NCBI GenBank assembly: GCA_963764625.1 | Contig: CAVXTH010000009.1 | Location: forward strand, 192,001 to 256,000 | Source of the DNA: Candidatus Krumholzibacteriota bacterium | GTDB lineage: Bacteria > Krumholzibacteriota > Krumholzibacteriia > JAJRXK01 | Reading direction: 5' to 3' | Length of the DNA: 64,000 nt | Shown here: piece after piece, positions 20,488 to 30,641 of the stretch | Numbering within the stretch: position 1 is the stretch's first letter | How the letters are laid out: each line of letters opens with the position of its first letter | Translations under genes and position numbers: made by a program | The notes under the pieces: generated by a model | Told to the model about the DNA's origin: nothing | Database searches by the model: none | What the model saw: only the letters and a program-made list of their open reading frames with translations

Positions 20488-22966
20488 CTAGGTACGATCG
20501 TGCAAGAGTTCCTGAATGCGGGCGAGAAAGATCTCGGCGACATAGGGTTTCATCAACACCTCCTCCTCGGCATCCAGCTCGGAACTTCCTTCCACTTCCG
20601 TGGAATTGTAGCCGGAGACGAACAAGATGCCCGCCTCGGGTTTCAGGGTGCGGATCTGAAGGCTCGTCTCGCGCCCACCCATTCTAGGCATGACAACGTC
20701 CAGGACAGAGAGTGCGATCTCGTCCTTGTGTAGTTGGAACAACTCGAGAGCTTCCTTCCCGTCGGAAGCGGCCAGGACGCGATAGCCTCCACGCTCGAGC
20801 ACTCGCGCGGCAATCTCCCGAACCAGGCGATCGTCTTCGGCGAGCAGGATGGTTTCTCCATTGCCGCTGTGGGGTTCGTTGGCGTCCTGGGGGCTCTGCG
20901 CCACCGCTTCGTCGGAGGCTGGAAGATAGACGGTGAGCTTGGTTCCCTTCCCCAAGGCACTTTCCAGGTCGATGCTTCCACCGTGTTGGCGAACGATTCC
21001 GTACACGGTCGCGAGCCCGATTCCCGTACCCGCCCCCACCTCCTTGGTGGTGAAAAAGGGCTCGAATACATGCTTCTGGACTTCACGCGACATGCCCGAA
21101 CCGTGGTCGCTGACTTCCAGGAGGGCAAACAGCCCTGCATAGGTTCCCGGGTGCTCTTCGAGAAAGTGATCGTCGGCGAGCGTCATCGCCGGTGCGAACC
21201 GTGATGGTGCCTGATTTGCCCATCGCGTCCCGTGCATTGACACAGAGATTCATCAGAACTTGGCCTAGCTGGCTTTGGTCGGCATAGACCGCCGGGCAAC
21301 GCGGATTCGCTTCGAAGCGGATTTCGACCGATTCGCCCATGAATCCGCGCAGCATCTGAATAGTCTCCCGGCAAACCTCGTTCAGATCGACCACCTCGGG
21401 ATTGAGGGTTTGCCGGCGACTGAAGGCAAGCAATTGCCGGGTCAGATGGATGGCTCGTTCGATCCCCTTGTGTACTTGATCCAGATCTTTGCGAGCGGAC
21501 GACCCCTCGGGAATTTCCCCGCTCGCGAACTCCAGATATCCGATCATGGCCTGGAGAATGTTGTTGAAGTCGTGAGCGATGCCCCCCGCGAGTTGTCCTA
21601 CCGCTTGTAACTTCTGCGATTGAATCAGTTGCTCTTCCAGTTCGTGTCGCCGAGTGATGTCGGTTCCCACTCCGATGATTTCCGCGACTGAACCGTCGTC
21701 ATCGAGGATCGAAGTTATCGACCAAGCCAGCCAACGCCAACCTACACCCGTCGTGGCTTTTTCCTCGAGGTGGCACGAGTGCGGTGGGCGGTCCAGTCCC
21801 GCCAGCGCGCGCTTCACCGCCTCGCGGTCATCTTCGTGGATCAACGACAGGAAGTCGGTTCCTAGGAGTTCCTCTTCTGATTTGGCGAAGAACTGGAAGC
21901 AACTCGGGCTCAGATAGAGGAAGCGACCCCGTGGGTCCATCTTGACCACCATGTCGCTCTGATTCTCCACCAACAACTTGTAATTCTCCTGACTCTCCGC
22001 GAGAGCCTCGTGTCGCTCGATCAGAGCCCTGAGCGCCAGGGAGAGAGCGAGGATCAGCGCCAAACCCGCCAGGACCAGGATTTCATCGGCGAAAGTTCGT
22101 GAACCAGAGAGGTATTGAGGATCCAGGGCGAAGCGCAGAGTCCACGGTCGGTCCACCACGCGGACCTGGAGAGACACCGCCAGCGGCCATTTCGCATCCT
22201 TGTCATCGGGGGGATGGAGATAGGCCCGATGGCCAGTGGAGTCGAGAACTTCGAAGCGGAAGTGATCGCGCAAATCAGCTTCTGGAAGACAACTGTCTAT
22301 CAGCGCATCGACTCGGAACACGCAGTTGGCGAATCCCAGCTGTGTTCCGGTGTCGGTTCGCAGCGGTTCATAGGTGGCGAACCCCTTTCCCCCCTGGAAG
22401 AGGTCGACCACGGGAGTCCGGCTGATGGAACCGCTCGCTTCAGCCCGCTCGAGCGTGACCGTGATTTCGGGGCGTGGATCGTGTCGCAGGTCTTGCCCCA
22501 ACGCCGCCACGTTGGAAGTCTCGGGGACGACGATCTGGATGATTCCCTGGTTATCAACGAAGTTCAGAGCCTGAATTCCGGGATAGAGTTGGACGAAGCG
22601 TGATGCGGTCGCTCGAAAGTTCTGACGCACCTCCAAGCTGTCGCTGAATTGCCGGCTGCATAGGTAGTCTACCGAAGCGGTGCGAGTGTCGATCCAAGAT
22701 TCTACACGGCGACGAATTTGCTGCGCGGTGATGCGAGTCTCTTGTTGAATTCTCTCGTTCTCGATCCCGTCGATGATCGTCCACAGTGCGATCGTGGCGG
22801 CCGCACCGACGACGAAGAACACCAGCGGCAATCGCCGCAAGAAAGGACCCACCCGCTGCGCCTTCGGGGGATGTCGTGAGGGCTTGGAGGATTTGCTGGA
22901 GAAGAGCACGAACAACCCTCGGAGAAGTGTCGGAGTCGTCGAATCTACCACGAAGAAGCATTTCAA
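20488..22966 (-). CDS. Hybrid sensor histidine kinase (TM-CHASE-like-TM-PAS-HisKA-HATPase-REC); +1 frameshift near 21190; start uncertain
   Basis: GIAHDFNN and NLCVNARDAM in one frame; DHGSGM, FEPFFTTK, GTGIGL and receiver LLAEDD/LDVVMP/KP in the other. Confidence 0.88.
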
Positions 22967-23427
22967 CTGTTACCATTGGGTAGGGCAGAGTACCAGTTGA
23001 AACCGCGCAGCCACCGATGGCGATCGGCAAGCCAGGTGGAAACGCGGCTCATCTTCCACCGCTTGGGCCGAAACGACGCCGATCGCGAGACGGCCAAGCC
23101 GCTCCGGTCTTCCAGTACGTATTTTGATTAGAACCGACGAGAGAAGGACGGAGGGGCCAGCCTCGCGACCGCTGCCCGCGGGGAGGGTGCTCCGCGAGCC
23201 CTTCGTCCGTGGAGGAGCCGGGCATCGCCATGCCTAAGTTCATCAAAGGCAGCCGGATAGCGAAGCTCTCCTGGAACACGGAGGACTCAGAAGCGCGAAG
23301 CCACCAATCGAGAGGTGGCAGGAGGCGGCGCTCGGGCGGCGCCAGAACGTCCCAGGGGGTGAGCGTTCGGTCCCTCCAGGACGGGGAAAACTCGCCGCCG
23401 GCGGGGGGGCGTGCGGGCGACAAACAG

Positions 23428-23456
23428 TTTGCGAAAATGGCGGGGCGCGCTATGCT
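23428..23456 (+). promoter_or_regulatory. Candidate sigma70 promoter for RRM gene
   Basis: TTGCGA-N16-TATGCT (or TTTGCG-N17-TATGCT) about 290 nt upstream of the GTG start. Confidence 0.45.
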
Positions 23457-23589
23457 CACAATTGTACGAGCGGGTGCATCCTGGCCCGCGGAGATTGGTT
23501 ATGGAGTTAGGATCGATCGGCTTGAGCCCTCGAATTCCCGCCATGTCCCACCTGTGCGTGGACGTCTTCGTAGCCGAATCCAGAGTTTT

Positions 23590-23731
23590 GCTCGGGAGTC
23601 ATCCCGAGCTCGAGATTCCCTCGATCGTCGAGGGAAGATGTCCGGCATTTCGCTGGATGAGCATGAGGCGTGGTGGTTCTTCCGGATAGTCCGGCGACCC
23701 CGAGCGCCTCAGATAGACCGGCGATGCCGGT
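23590..23731 (+). promoter_or_regulatory. Hairpin-rich 5' leader of RRM gene
   Basis: Stems at 23590-23609, 23616-23636, 23641-23657, 23664-23711 and 23717-23731. Confidence 0.5.
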
Positions 23732-23749
23732 TGATGGAGACGAAAGAAC

Positions 23750-24067
23750 GTGAAGAAGCTTTATGTAGGCAACCTGCCTTTTAGTGCGACCGATGCTGAG
23801 GTCAATGAATTGTTCAGCCAACACGGTACGGTGCACTCGGTGGCTCTGATCAACGACCGTGAGACTGGCCGTCCCCGCGGATTTGGATTCGTGGAAATGG
23901 ATGACGATGCTGCGCAGGCTGCCATCAGCGCCCTGAACGGTTTCGAGATGGGTGGACGCGCTCTGCGTGTCAATGAAGCCCAGGAACGTCCCCGCCGCAG
24001 CGGTGGTGGTGGCGGTGGCGGTGGCTTCGGTGGTGGTGGCGGCGGTGGTCGCCGAGATCGCTGGTAA
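23750..24067 (+). CDS. RRM RNA-binding protein with Gly-rich tail
   Basis: RNP2 LYVGNL, RNP1 RGFGFVEM, (GGT/GGC)n tail at 24002-24049. Confidence 0.96.
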   Translation: MKKLYVGNLPFSATDAEVNELFSQHGTVHSVALINDRETGRPRGFGFVEMDDDAAQAAISALNGFEMGGRALRVNEAQERPRRSGGGGGGGGFGGGGGGGRRDRW

Positions 24068-24096
24068 TCCCACACCACTCACATCGTGAGTTGACG

Positions 24097-24131
24097 AGGC
24101 CCCGTTCCCTTCGAGGAGCGGGGCTTTTTTT
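24097..24131 (+). terminator. Rho-independent terminator
   Basis: GCCCCGTTCC-cttcga-GGAGCGGGGC followed by T7. Confidence 0.88.
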
Positions 24132-24205
24132 ACCCTGAAAACCAATTCAAGATGATGGACTCACGTCTTGGGCGGCGCCGTGGAGGGACGCGCTTGCCCG
24201 GAGCA

Positions 24206-24231
24206 TGTAATAATCGGATCTCTCCATCGTT
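24206..24231 (+). promoter_or_regulatory. Candidate ECF-sigma autoregulatory promoter
   Basis: TGTAAT-N16-CGTT, similar to TGTAAC/TGAAAC-N16-CGT(A/C) ECF promoters, 10 nt before ATG 24241. Confidence 0.5.
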
Positions 24232-24240
24232 GTAAAGGGC

Positions 24241-24774
24241 ATGGAAACCATGGCAACTCAGGAAGATTGGCTCATGGAGCGGGTGCGGGCCGGTGACCGA
24301 GCAGCGCTTGGACGGCTCTACCGGCTGCTATCCGGCGGGCTCTTCAATTACCTGCGCAAGAGAGGGGCGAACCCGGACGACGCCGCGGATGTGCTCCACG
24401 ATGCCTTTCTCAAGGTGTGGCGCCATCGAAAGCGATTTCGCGGTAGAGGCGCACGGCCCTGGATCTACACCATCGCACGAAATGCATGGATCGATACTCG
24501 CACGCGTGCCGAGAGTTCGCTGACTCGAGTCAGCCACGATCTCGTGAGCAGCGCGCCCTCTGCCGAGGACGAATACTTGGCGCGGGAACTTGCGGACAGA
24601 ATTCATGAAGCGCTCGCGGGGCTGCCCGAGGCAACCCGCGAGGTGATTCTCCTGAGTCGTTACTCGGCCATGTCGTCGGCTGAAATCGCGGAAGTTTTGG
24701 AAATGAGCCAGGGAAACGTCGCGGTGAGGCTGCACCGGGGCCTGAAGGCACTGAAGGAGGTGCTCGATGGGTGA
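24241..24774 (+). CDS. ECF RNA polymerase sigma factor
   Basis: DDAADVLHDAFLKVW, WIYTIARN, region-4 EIAEVL...VAVRLHRG. Confidence 0.93.
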   Translation: METMATQEDWLMERVRAGDRAALGRLYRLLSGGLFNYLRKRGANPDDAADVLHDAFLKVWRHRKRFRGRGARPWIYTIARNAWIDTRTRAESSLTRVSHDLVSSAPSAEDEYLARELADRIHEALAGLPEATREVILLSRYSAMSSAEIAEVLEMSQGNVAVRLHRGLKALKEVLDG

Positions 24775-25318
24775 CAGCGATGTAAAGTTCCTGCAGCAGG
24801 ACAATCTCGATCGTTGGAAGGACACTCTCGGCGAAGATGCCGAGAGTCTGTGGGAGGCGCTGGACGAAGAATCTCCCCCTCCCTACTTCAGCCAGGTCGA
24901 GGGAAAGCACGGTACGCTGATGCTCTGGCGGATGGCGACCGTGGTAGCTGTCTTGCTCGGCATCCTACTCTTGGGGATCAACCTGCATCAGAGGAGCCAG
25001 CTACGAGCGCTCGCGATCGACAACGCCATTCAGAAGTTGAGTTCTTCTGAAATCCGGACCCGGTTCGCGGGAGTCGAGCAGCTTCAGGAGATGCACAGTG
25101 GGCTTTCCGATGCCGCGGTCCGCGAGCTCTTTACGCTGTTGGCAAGCTCCGAGGACCCGAACCTGCAACTCAGCATTCTCGAGATTCTGGTCGCGCAGAA
25201 GTGCGTAGACGGTGTGGAGGACATTCCCACTGGATACGGCGCCGCCAAAAGCCAGTTCCTGCGAACGGTGTACGAGAAGCTCTACCGGAAAGAGGGAGGT
25301 AAACATGATCCGCTTTGA
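24767..25318 (+). CDS. Putative anti-sigma factor (single TM + HEAT-like repeat)
   Basis: Overlaps sigma stop; one TM helix; HEAT-like DPNLQLSILEIL. Confidence 0.6.
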   Translation: MGDSDVKFLQQDNLDRWKDTLGEDAESLWEALDEESPPPYFSQVEGKHGTLMLWRMATVVAVLLGILLLGINLHQRSQLRALAIDNAIQKLSSSEIRTRFAGVEQLQEMHSGLSDAAVRELFTLLASSEDPNLQLSILEILVAQKCVDGVEDIPTGYGAAKSQFLRTVYEKLYRKEGGKHDPL

Positions 25319-26125
25319 GGTGAAGCGCCGGAGTCGAGGAGGGGCATCCACCGCCGCGGTTGCCCTGCTCATGCTCGGCTGGGTCTGCAGTGGGAGCTTG
25401 CATGCTACGCTCGCACACGCGGACGAGTTGGCCATTGATGGGGTGGAGAAGGTAAGGAGCCTTCGCCTGAGCGCCGATTTCGCAGACGTGGAACTGCGGG
25501 CCACCGATGGGGGGTTCCGTGGCTCCTGGCACGCGGAGAGCTTGGGGGAACCGCGGGAGAACCAGGATGCGGGCATCCCGGTGCTCCCCGCCGCAGCACC
25601 CATCACCCTCGTGAACGATGGCCAACTCCTGGTCCGCGCGCAGAACGCAAGCTACCGCTACCACCTCGAGTTCGACATCCCCCGCGGCTGGGGAGTGACG
25701 GTTCAGATCTATCGGCATGGAAACGTGTGGATTGCGGGAATGGAGGGCGCGGTTAGCGCGTGGTCAGCCGGAGGGGATGTCAACGTGCTGCAACAGACGG
25801 GGGCGTTTTCGATCACCGCGATGGATGGGAGTGCCGCGGTGGATTTCGTCGGCAATACGCTCGAGTCGGCTTCAGCAATTTCTGCTCACGTTCCCACGCT
25901 GAAGGAGCGTGGGATCAAACTCACGATTCCGCCCGGTTTGGCAGCCGAATTTCGTATTTCCACCACGGGAAGGATTCACACCGACCTTCCCCCGCTGCTT
26001 CACGGCCTGAAGCAGGCCAACGCGAAGGGGGGGCTAAATCCTCTGAGCGTCATGTTGAATGGGGGTGGCCCTTCCATTCGCTCCGGAACGTCAACGGAGA
26101 TGTCGAAATCCTCGCTCACGACTGA
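25305..26125 (+). CDS. DUF4097/adhesin-like beta-repeat exported protein; -1 frameshift near 26078
   Basis: Signal peptide; GNV/GDV/GSA repeats; LNGGGPSI continues as SLRNVNGDVEI in another frame. Confidence 0.65.
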
Positions 26126-26163
26126 GCCACTTCGAGTTCAACCTATTTCCAATGGAGTCTGGG

Positions 26164-27546
26164 ATGAAAGCAGTTCTTGCCCTGATCGCATTTCTCTTTC
26201 TGTCGCAGGGCACGGCTGCGGCCAAAGAGCCAAATCACAAACTCGAGGAGAAACTCCGGGAGTACCTGGAGGCTCTCGAGGCGAACGAAGACTTCATGGG
26301 CGAAGTCATGTTTTGCGATGAAGGGGGTCAGGTCACGGACGTGGTCGTCGGGATGGCGGATATCGAAAGCGCGCGTCCCCATGAACCCGGGGATGTCTAT
26401 CATGTCGCGTCGCTGACCAAACAGTTCACCGGAGCGGCGATTGCAAAGCTCGCTTCTGAAGGGAAGCTGGCGCTGGAAGACCCTCTGCAAGAGTTCATTC
26501 CCGGTTTTCCCCATGCCGATGAAATAACCATTCGCGCTCTCGTGAACCAGGATGCCGGCGTTCCCGACTACAATGACTTCGACGACTACGCTCAGCGGAT
26601 CCACCAGACCCTGTCATTGGAAGAGGTGATCGAGTGGATCGAAAGCAAAGCGGGTGATTTCGAGGCGAACAATGGATACGGATACTCCAACTCCCAATTC
26701 GCTCTGTTGGCAAGGGTGATCGAGATCGCCAGTGGTACGCCTTACCGGGAGTACATGAAGAAGAACATCTTCGAACCGGCGGGGATGGACGACAGCGGCA
26801 ACTTCACCCACGCGCAGGTCGTGATGCGCCGGGTTGCCGGTTATGATCCCGGCCCCGGAAGGAGTTTGATCAATGCTCAAGTGGTCAATAACTCGATCAA
26901 GTTGGGTTCGGGATCGCTCTACACCACCGCTCGAGATCTGTTGCGGTGGCATCAGGCGCTTCTCCATGACACGGTGCTCACCGAAGAGGCCCAGAAGGTC
27001 TACCTGCAACCCTCAGAGTTCGGTTACGCGATGGGGGTAGCCATCTGGCAGGACAAAAGCTCGGGTGAACACTTCGCCGCCCACGATGGCAAGTCCCCGG
27101 GAGGCTTTGCCTACATGAAGCGCTGGCTGGACTCCAAGCAGGTGCTGATCGTGCTCTCGAACGTCAACAGTGGACAGATGAATCGGATGAAGGGAGACCT
27201 CACGAGGTTGGTGAGTGGCGAGCCGGTCGAACTGCCGAAGTTGCGGAAAGTGCGGAGGCTGAAGGAAGGCGAGGCCGAGCCACTGCTGGGGCAGTATCTC
27301 TTTCCCCCCGACAACAAAATTCGGATTGCAGACCTGAATGGCGGTCTTGTTCTCTATTGGCGCGACACCGGGCTCGCCCAGTACTTGGTGCCTCTGGCGG
27401 ACAGTGAGTGGTACTTCATGCCTAGCCGGGCCGAGAGAGTTCGCTTTACGAGGAATCCCGAGGGGCAAGTGGTCGCTCTAGAATATGATTGGGGGCATGG
27501 TATTCAAGAATGTCTACGCGTCGCACTTTCGCCTGAGGGAGGATGA
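26164..27546 (+). CDS. Serine hydrolase, beta-lactamase class C/PBP-like, exported
   Basis: SxxK (SLTK), YxN (YSN), HDG; signal peptide. Confidence 0.9.
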   Translation: MKAVLALIAFLFLSQGTAAAKEPNHKLEEKLREYLEALEANEDFMGEVMFCDEGGQVTDVVVGMADIESARPHEPGDVYHVASLTKQFTGAAIAKLASEGKLALEDPLQEFIPGFPHADEITIRALVNQDAGVPDYNDFDDYAQRIHQTLSLEEVIEWIESKAGDFEANNGYGYSNSQFALLARVIEIASGTPYREYMKKNIFEPAGMDDSGNFTHAQVVMRRVAGYDPGPGRSLINAQVVNNSIKLGSGSLYTTARDLLRWHQALLHDTVLTEEAQKVYLQPSEFGYAMGVAIWQDKSSGEHFAAHDGKSPGGFAYMKRWLDSKQVLIVLSNVNSGQMNRMKGDLTRLVSGEPVELPKLRKVRRLKEGEAEPLLGQYLFPPDNKIRIADLNGGLVLYWRDTGLAQYLVPLADSEWYFMPSRAERVRFTRNPEGQVVALEYDWGHGIQECLRVALSPEGG

Positions 27547-27673
27547 TTCCCCGTCCTTTCGACCGCTTTGGTATGAAATTCGCAGACGGTGCAGTCGGTT
27601 GGGTGAGGCCCGGTGCCTTCGAGGGGCCTGCCCAGGCATCCTGGCCGTCTCTTGTCTCTCGACGGGAACTTCG

Positions 27674-28396
27674 ATGAATCACACCATGCGCAGGGCTTTG
27701 ATCTTCCTCGGCGCTTTGAGCTCTTGGGCGCTCGTGGCCGCGGCCGCGCAATCCAAGGGTGCGTTCCCCAATCCCGTCCAGATCGCCCCGAAGATCGGAA
27801 AGGTCTGGAACGAGAGCCTGGACACCACCCGCACACTGCAGTGGACCGAGAAAGCAGTTCTGACTCTCGAGAAACTCGATCGGGTGACGGAACTCTCGAC
27901 CAACCGGATCGTCGCAAGCGGGAAGGTCTCCCGGACGATCGAGGAGAGCGAGGTTCATGGCCGGCACCGGACCGGCATGAAACGACGCATCCGTGACAAC
28001 ATCGCTCTGCTTTCCCGGGATGCTATCGCGACGGCAAGCCAGTTCATTGCCAACTACGCGTTTCCTTCGGAATCTCAGATGCGGGATTGCGTCGCTCGCA
28101 GTGCGATCGTCATCAGTGACGTTCCGGGGCTCCAGGGCGATTGGGAACTCACCACCAGAAACGCCTTCAGGGACGACGACATCTTGACGCAGTGGATCCA
28201 GCCAGAATCCGGCCGTGTGCTCAAGATGCGCTACCAATCGTGGATCGATGACGAGCCGGTCAAGGCGGAGACCCTCTACCAGGTTTTGCCCGACGGCAGC
28301 GACGTTCCGCGGATGACCATTATGAACTACGTAGAGAGCGACATGACCATTCGGATCGAGTATTCGAACTACGCCAAACAGAAGGCCCCGAACTGA
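27674..28396 (+). CDS. Exported hypothetical protein
   Basis: Signal-peptide-like MRRALIFLGALSSWALVAAAA; fills gap between genes; no recognised motif. Confidence 0.6.
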   Translation: MNHTMRRALIFLGALSSWALVAAAAQSKGAFPNPVQIAPKIGKVWNESLDTTRTLQWTEKAVLTLEKLDRVTELSTNRIVASGKVSRTIEESEVHGRHRTGMKRRIRDNIALLSRDAIATASQFIANYAFPSESQMRDCVARSAIVISDVPGLQGDWELTTRNAFRDDDILTQWIQPESGRVLKMRYQSWIDDEPVKAETLYQVLPDGSDVPRMTIMNYVESDMTIRIEYSNYAKQKAPN

Positions 28397-28397
28397 A

Positions 28398-29558
28398 CTA
28401 GGAACTCGCTGCCTCGCGCATGATGTTCCGGGCGATCACCAATCGCTGAATCTGATTCGTACCCTCGTAGATCTGTGTGATCTTCGCATCACGCATGTAC
28501 TTCTCGATCGGATAGTCTTTGCAGTAGCCATAGCCGCCGAAGAGCTGGACGCAGTCGGTGGTCACCTTCATGGCCACGTCGGTCGCCATCAGCTTGCACA
28601 TGGCGGAGAGTTTCGTGATCTTCCGGCTTCCCGCGTCGATCGCGCGGGCCGCAGTGTGCACCAGGGTGCGCGCGGCCTCGATCTGGGTCGCCATGTCCGC
28701 GAGCATGAACTGAATTCCCTGGAAGGAATTCACGGACTGTCCGAATTGCTTGCGCTCTGAGGTATAGGTGACAGCGAGATCGAGAGCGCCCTGGGCTAAG
28801 CCCACTGCCTGAGCGGCCACGCCTGGGCGTGCGCGGTCGAGGGTAATCATGGCCTGTTTGAAACCCTGTCCTTCGACTCCGCCCAGGAGATTCGCGGCAG
28901 GAACTTCGACGTCCTTGAAGTGGATCTCGACCACCGGTACGCAGCGAATTCCCATCTTGTCCTCGATCTTTCCGACCTCGTACCCGGCCATACCCTTTTC
29001 GACGACGAGAGCGGAGATGCCCCGCGCTCCCCGATCGGGATTCGTGACCGCGAATACCGTGTTCAGCGATGCCACCGAGCCGCCGGTGTTCCACTTCTTC
29101 TCTCCGTTGAGTACGTAGCTCTCCCCCTTCTTCTCCGCGCGGGTGGTCATACTTCCCGCGTCCGATCCCGAGGCCTTTTCGGAGAGTCCGAAGGAGATCA
29201 ACTTCTCACCGGAGGCGATCTCGGGGAGCCAGCGCTTTCTTTGCTCCTCGGTGCCGCTGAGAAGAATGGGGAACGAGCCCAACGCGTTCACCGCATAGCC
29301 GACGCCCATCCCGCCGCAGGCGCGCGAGAACTCTTCGACCACCAGACACAGATCGAGCACGCCACCGCCGAGACCCCCGTATTCCTTAGGGATCCACACT
29401 CCCGAGAGTCCCGCGGCGCGGATGGCTTTTTGCACTTCCCAGGGGTAGCTCTGCTCGACGTCGTACTTGGCCGCCACCGGGCGCATGACTTCCTCGGCCA
29501 GGCCGCGGGCTTGCTCCCTAAGTTCGATCTGACTGGGGGTATAGAGCTCGTCGATCAT
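28398..29558 (-). CDS. Acyl-CoA dehydrogenase
   Basis: GLSEKASGSDA, LNGEKKW, ERKQFG, QLFGGYGY, YMRDAKITQIYEGTNQIQR. Confidence 0.96.
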   Translation of the reverse strand: MIDELYTPSQIELREQARGLAEEVMRPVAAKYDVEQSYPWEVQKAIRAAGLSGVWIPKEYGGLGGGVLDLCLVVEEFSRACGGMGVGYAVNALGSFPILLSGTEEQRKRWLPEIASGEKLISFGLSEKASGSDAGSMTTRAEKKGESYVLNGEKKWNTGGSVASLNTVFAVTNPDRGARGISALVVEKGMAGYEVGKIEDKMGIRCVPVVEIHFKDVEVPAANLLGGVEGQGFKQAMITLDRARPGVAAQAVGLAQGALDLAVTYTSERKQFGQSVNSFQGIQFMLADMATQIEAARTLVHTAARAIDAGSRKITKLSAMCKLMATDVAMKVTTDCVQLFGGYGYCKDYPIEKYMRDAKITQIYEGTNQIQRLVIARNIMREAASS

Positions 29559-29807
29559 GCCGTCCTCGCTTCTCAGAATTCGTAGATTGAGCGTTCATTC
29601 GGAACTTAGGGGCCATTCTGGCAGATGGAAGCAGAGATGCAAAGTAGAAGATCAAAAGCCCCGGTTCTCGCCCGCGCAGGGCAGGATCCCCCCCATGACG
29701 GTGGAGACTCCAACCGGGTCCCTCCGGGTCGAGGATCAATCCCCCGCTTGTAGGCGAGTGAAGCCGCACCTATGCTCGCTTTCTCAACCCGCGAGGAGGG
29801 AATCGTC

Positions 29808-30641
29808 ATGAACATCCGATCTTCGCTCAAAGCCGGCTTCCTGTCGGCAATCTTACTCTTCGCTTCCGTTGCCTGCCGACAGAAGGCTGACGCTCCGCGC
29901 AACGCGGGCCCATCGCGCGTGGATCGAAATGGACAAGAGGTCGTATTCTCCGCCGCCGACAGCGTGAAACTCTTCGCCGACGTCCACTGGTTGCGCGAGG
30001 ACCACCAAGGTCCCCTCATTCTTCTGTTCCACCAGGCGGGGGCGAGCGCGCGCGGCGAATACGCACCCATCATCCCGCGTCTGCTCGAGCACGGGTTCAG
30101 CGTGCTGGCTCTGGACCAGCGAAGCGGGGGCACTCGTTTCGACGGGGTGAACCGGACGGTGCAGGCGCTGCCTGAAGGCGAGAGCTTCAGCTACTGTGAC
30201 GCGTATCCCGATTTGGAAGCCGCGCTTCGCTACGTGATCGAGCAGGGGAATGAGGGACCCAGGATCGCCTGGGGCAGCAGCTACAGCGCCGCCCTGGTGA
30301 TTCGTCTGGCCGCCGAACACCTGGAGGATCTTGCCGGAGTTCTCGCGTTCTCGCCCGCATCGGGTCCGGCCATGGGCGAGTGCTCTCCCGAGCTCTACGC
30401 GCAAGAGGTCAAGACCAGAGTACTCGTTCTACGTCCACAACCCGAAATGGAGAGCGCGCCGGCGGTGCAGCAGCTCGACTCGTTCAAGACCCTCGGCTTT
30501 CAAACCTACGTCGCCGCGCACGGAGTCCACGGCTCCTCCATGCTGGTGTCGAGCCGGGTGGAGGGGAATGTGGAAGACAACTGGAAAGCGGTGGAGGATT
30601 TTCTCGACGGAGTGGTCAAGGAGCACGCGCCCCTAAAATGA
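29808..30641 (+). CDS. Alpha/beta-hydrolase lipoprotein
   Basis: Lipobox SVAC; LFHQAG, DQRSGG, nucleophile elbow WGSSYSA, HGSS. Confidence 0.82.
   Translation: MNIRSSLKAGFLSAILLFASVACRQKADAPRNAGPSRVDRNGQEVVFSAADSVKLFADVHWLREDHQGPLILLFHQAGASARGEYAPIIPRLLEHGFSVLALDQRSGGTRFDGVNRTVQALPEGESFSYCDAYPDLEAALRYVIEQGNEGPRIAWGSSYSAALVIRLAAEHLEDLAGVLAFSPASGPAMGECSPELYAQEVKTRVLVLRPQPEMESAPAVQQLDSFKTLGFQTYVAAHGVHGSSMLVSSRVEGNVEDNWKAVEDFLDGVVKEHAPLK

Noticed and set aside
24002-24049. (GGT/GGC)n tandem repeat as a contingency locus
   Set aside because: Encodes the ordinary Gly-rich tail of RRM proteins with mixed codons
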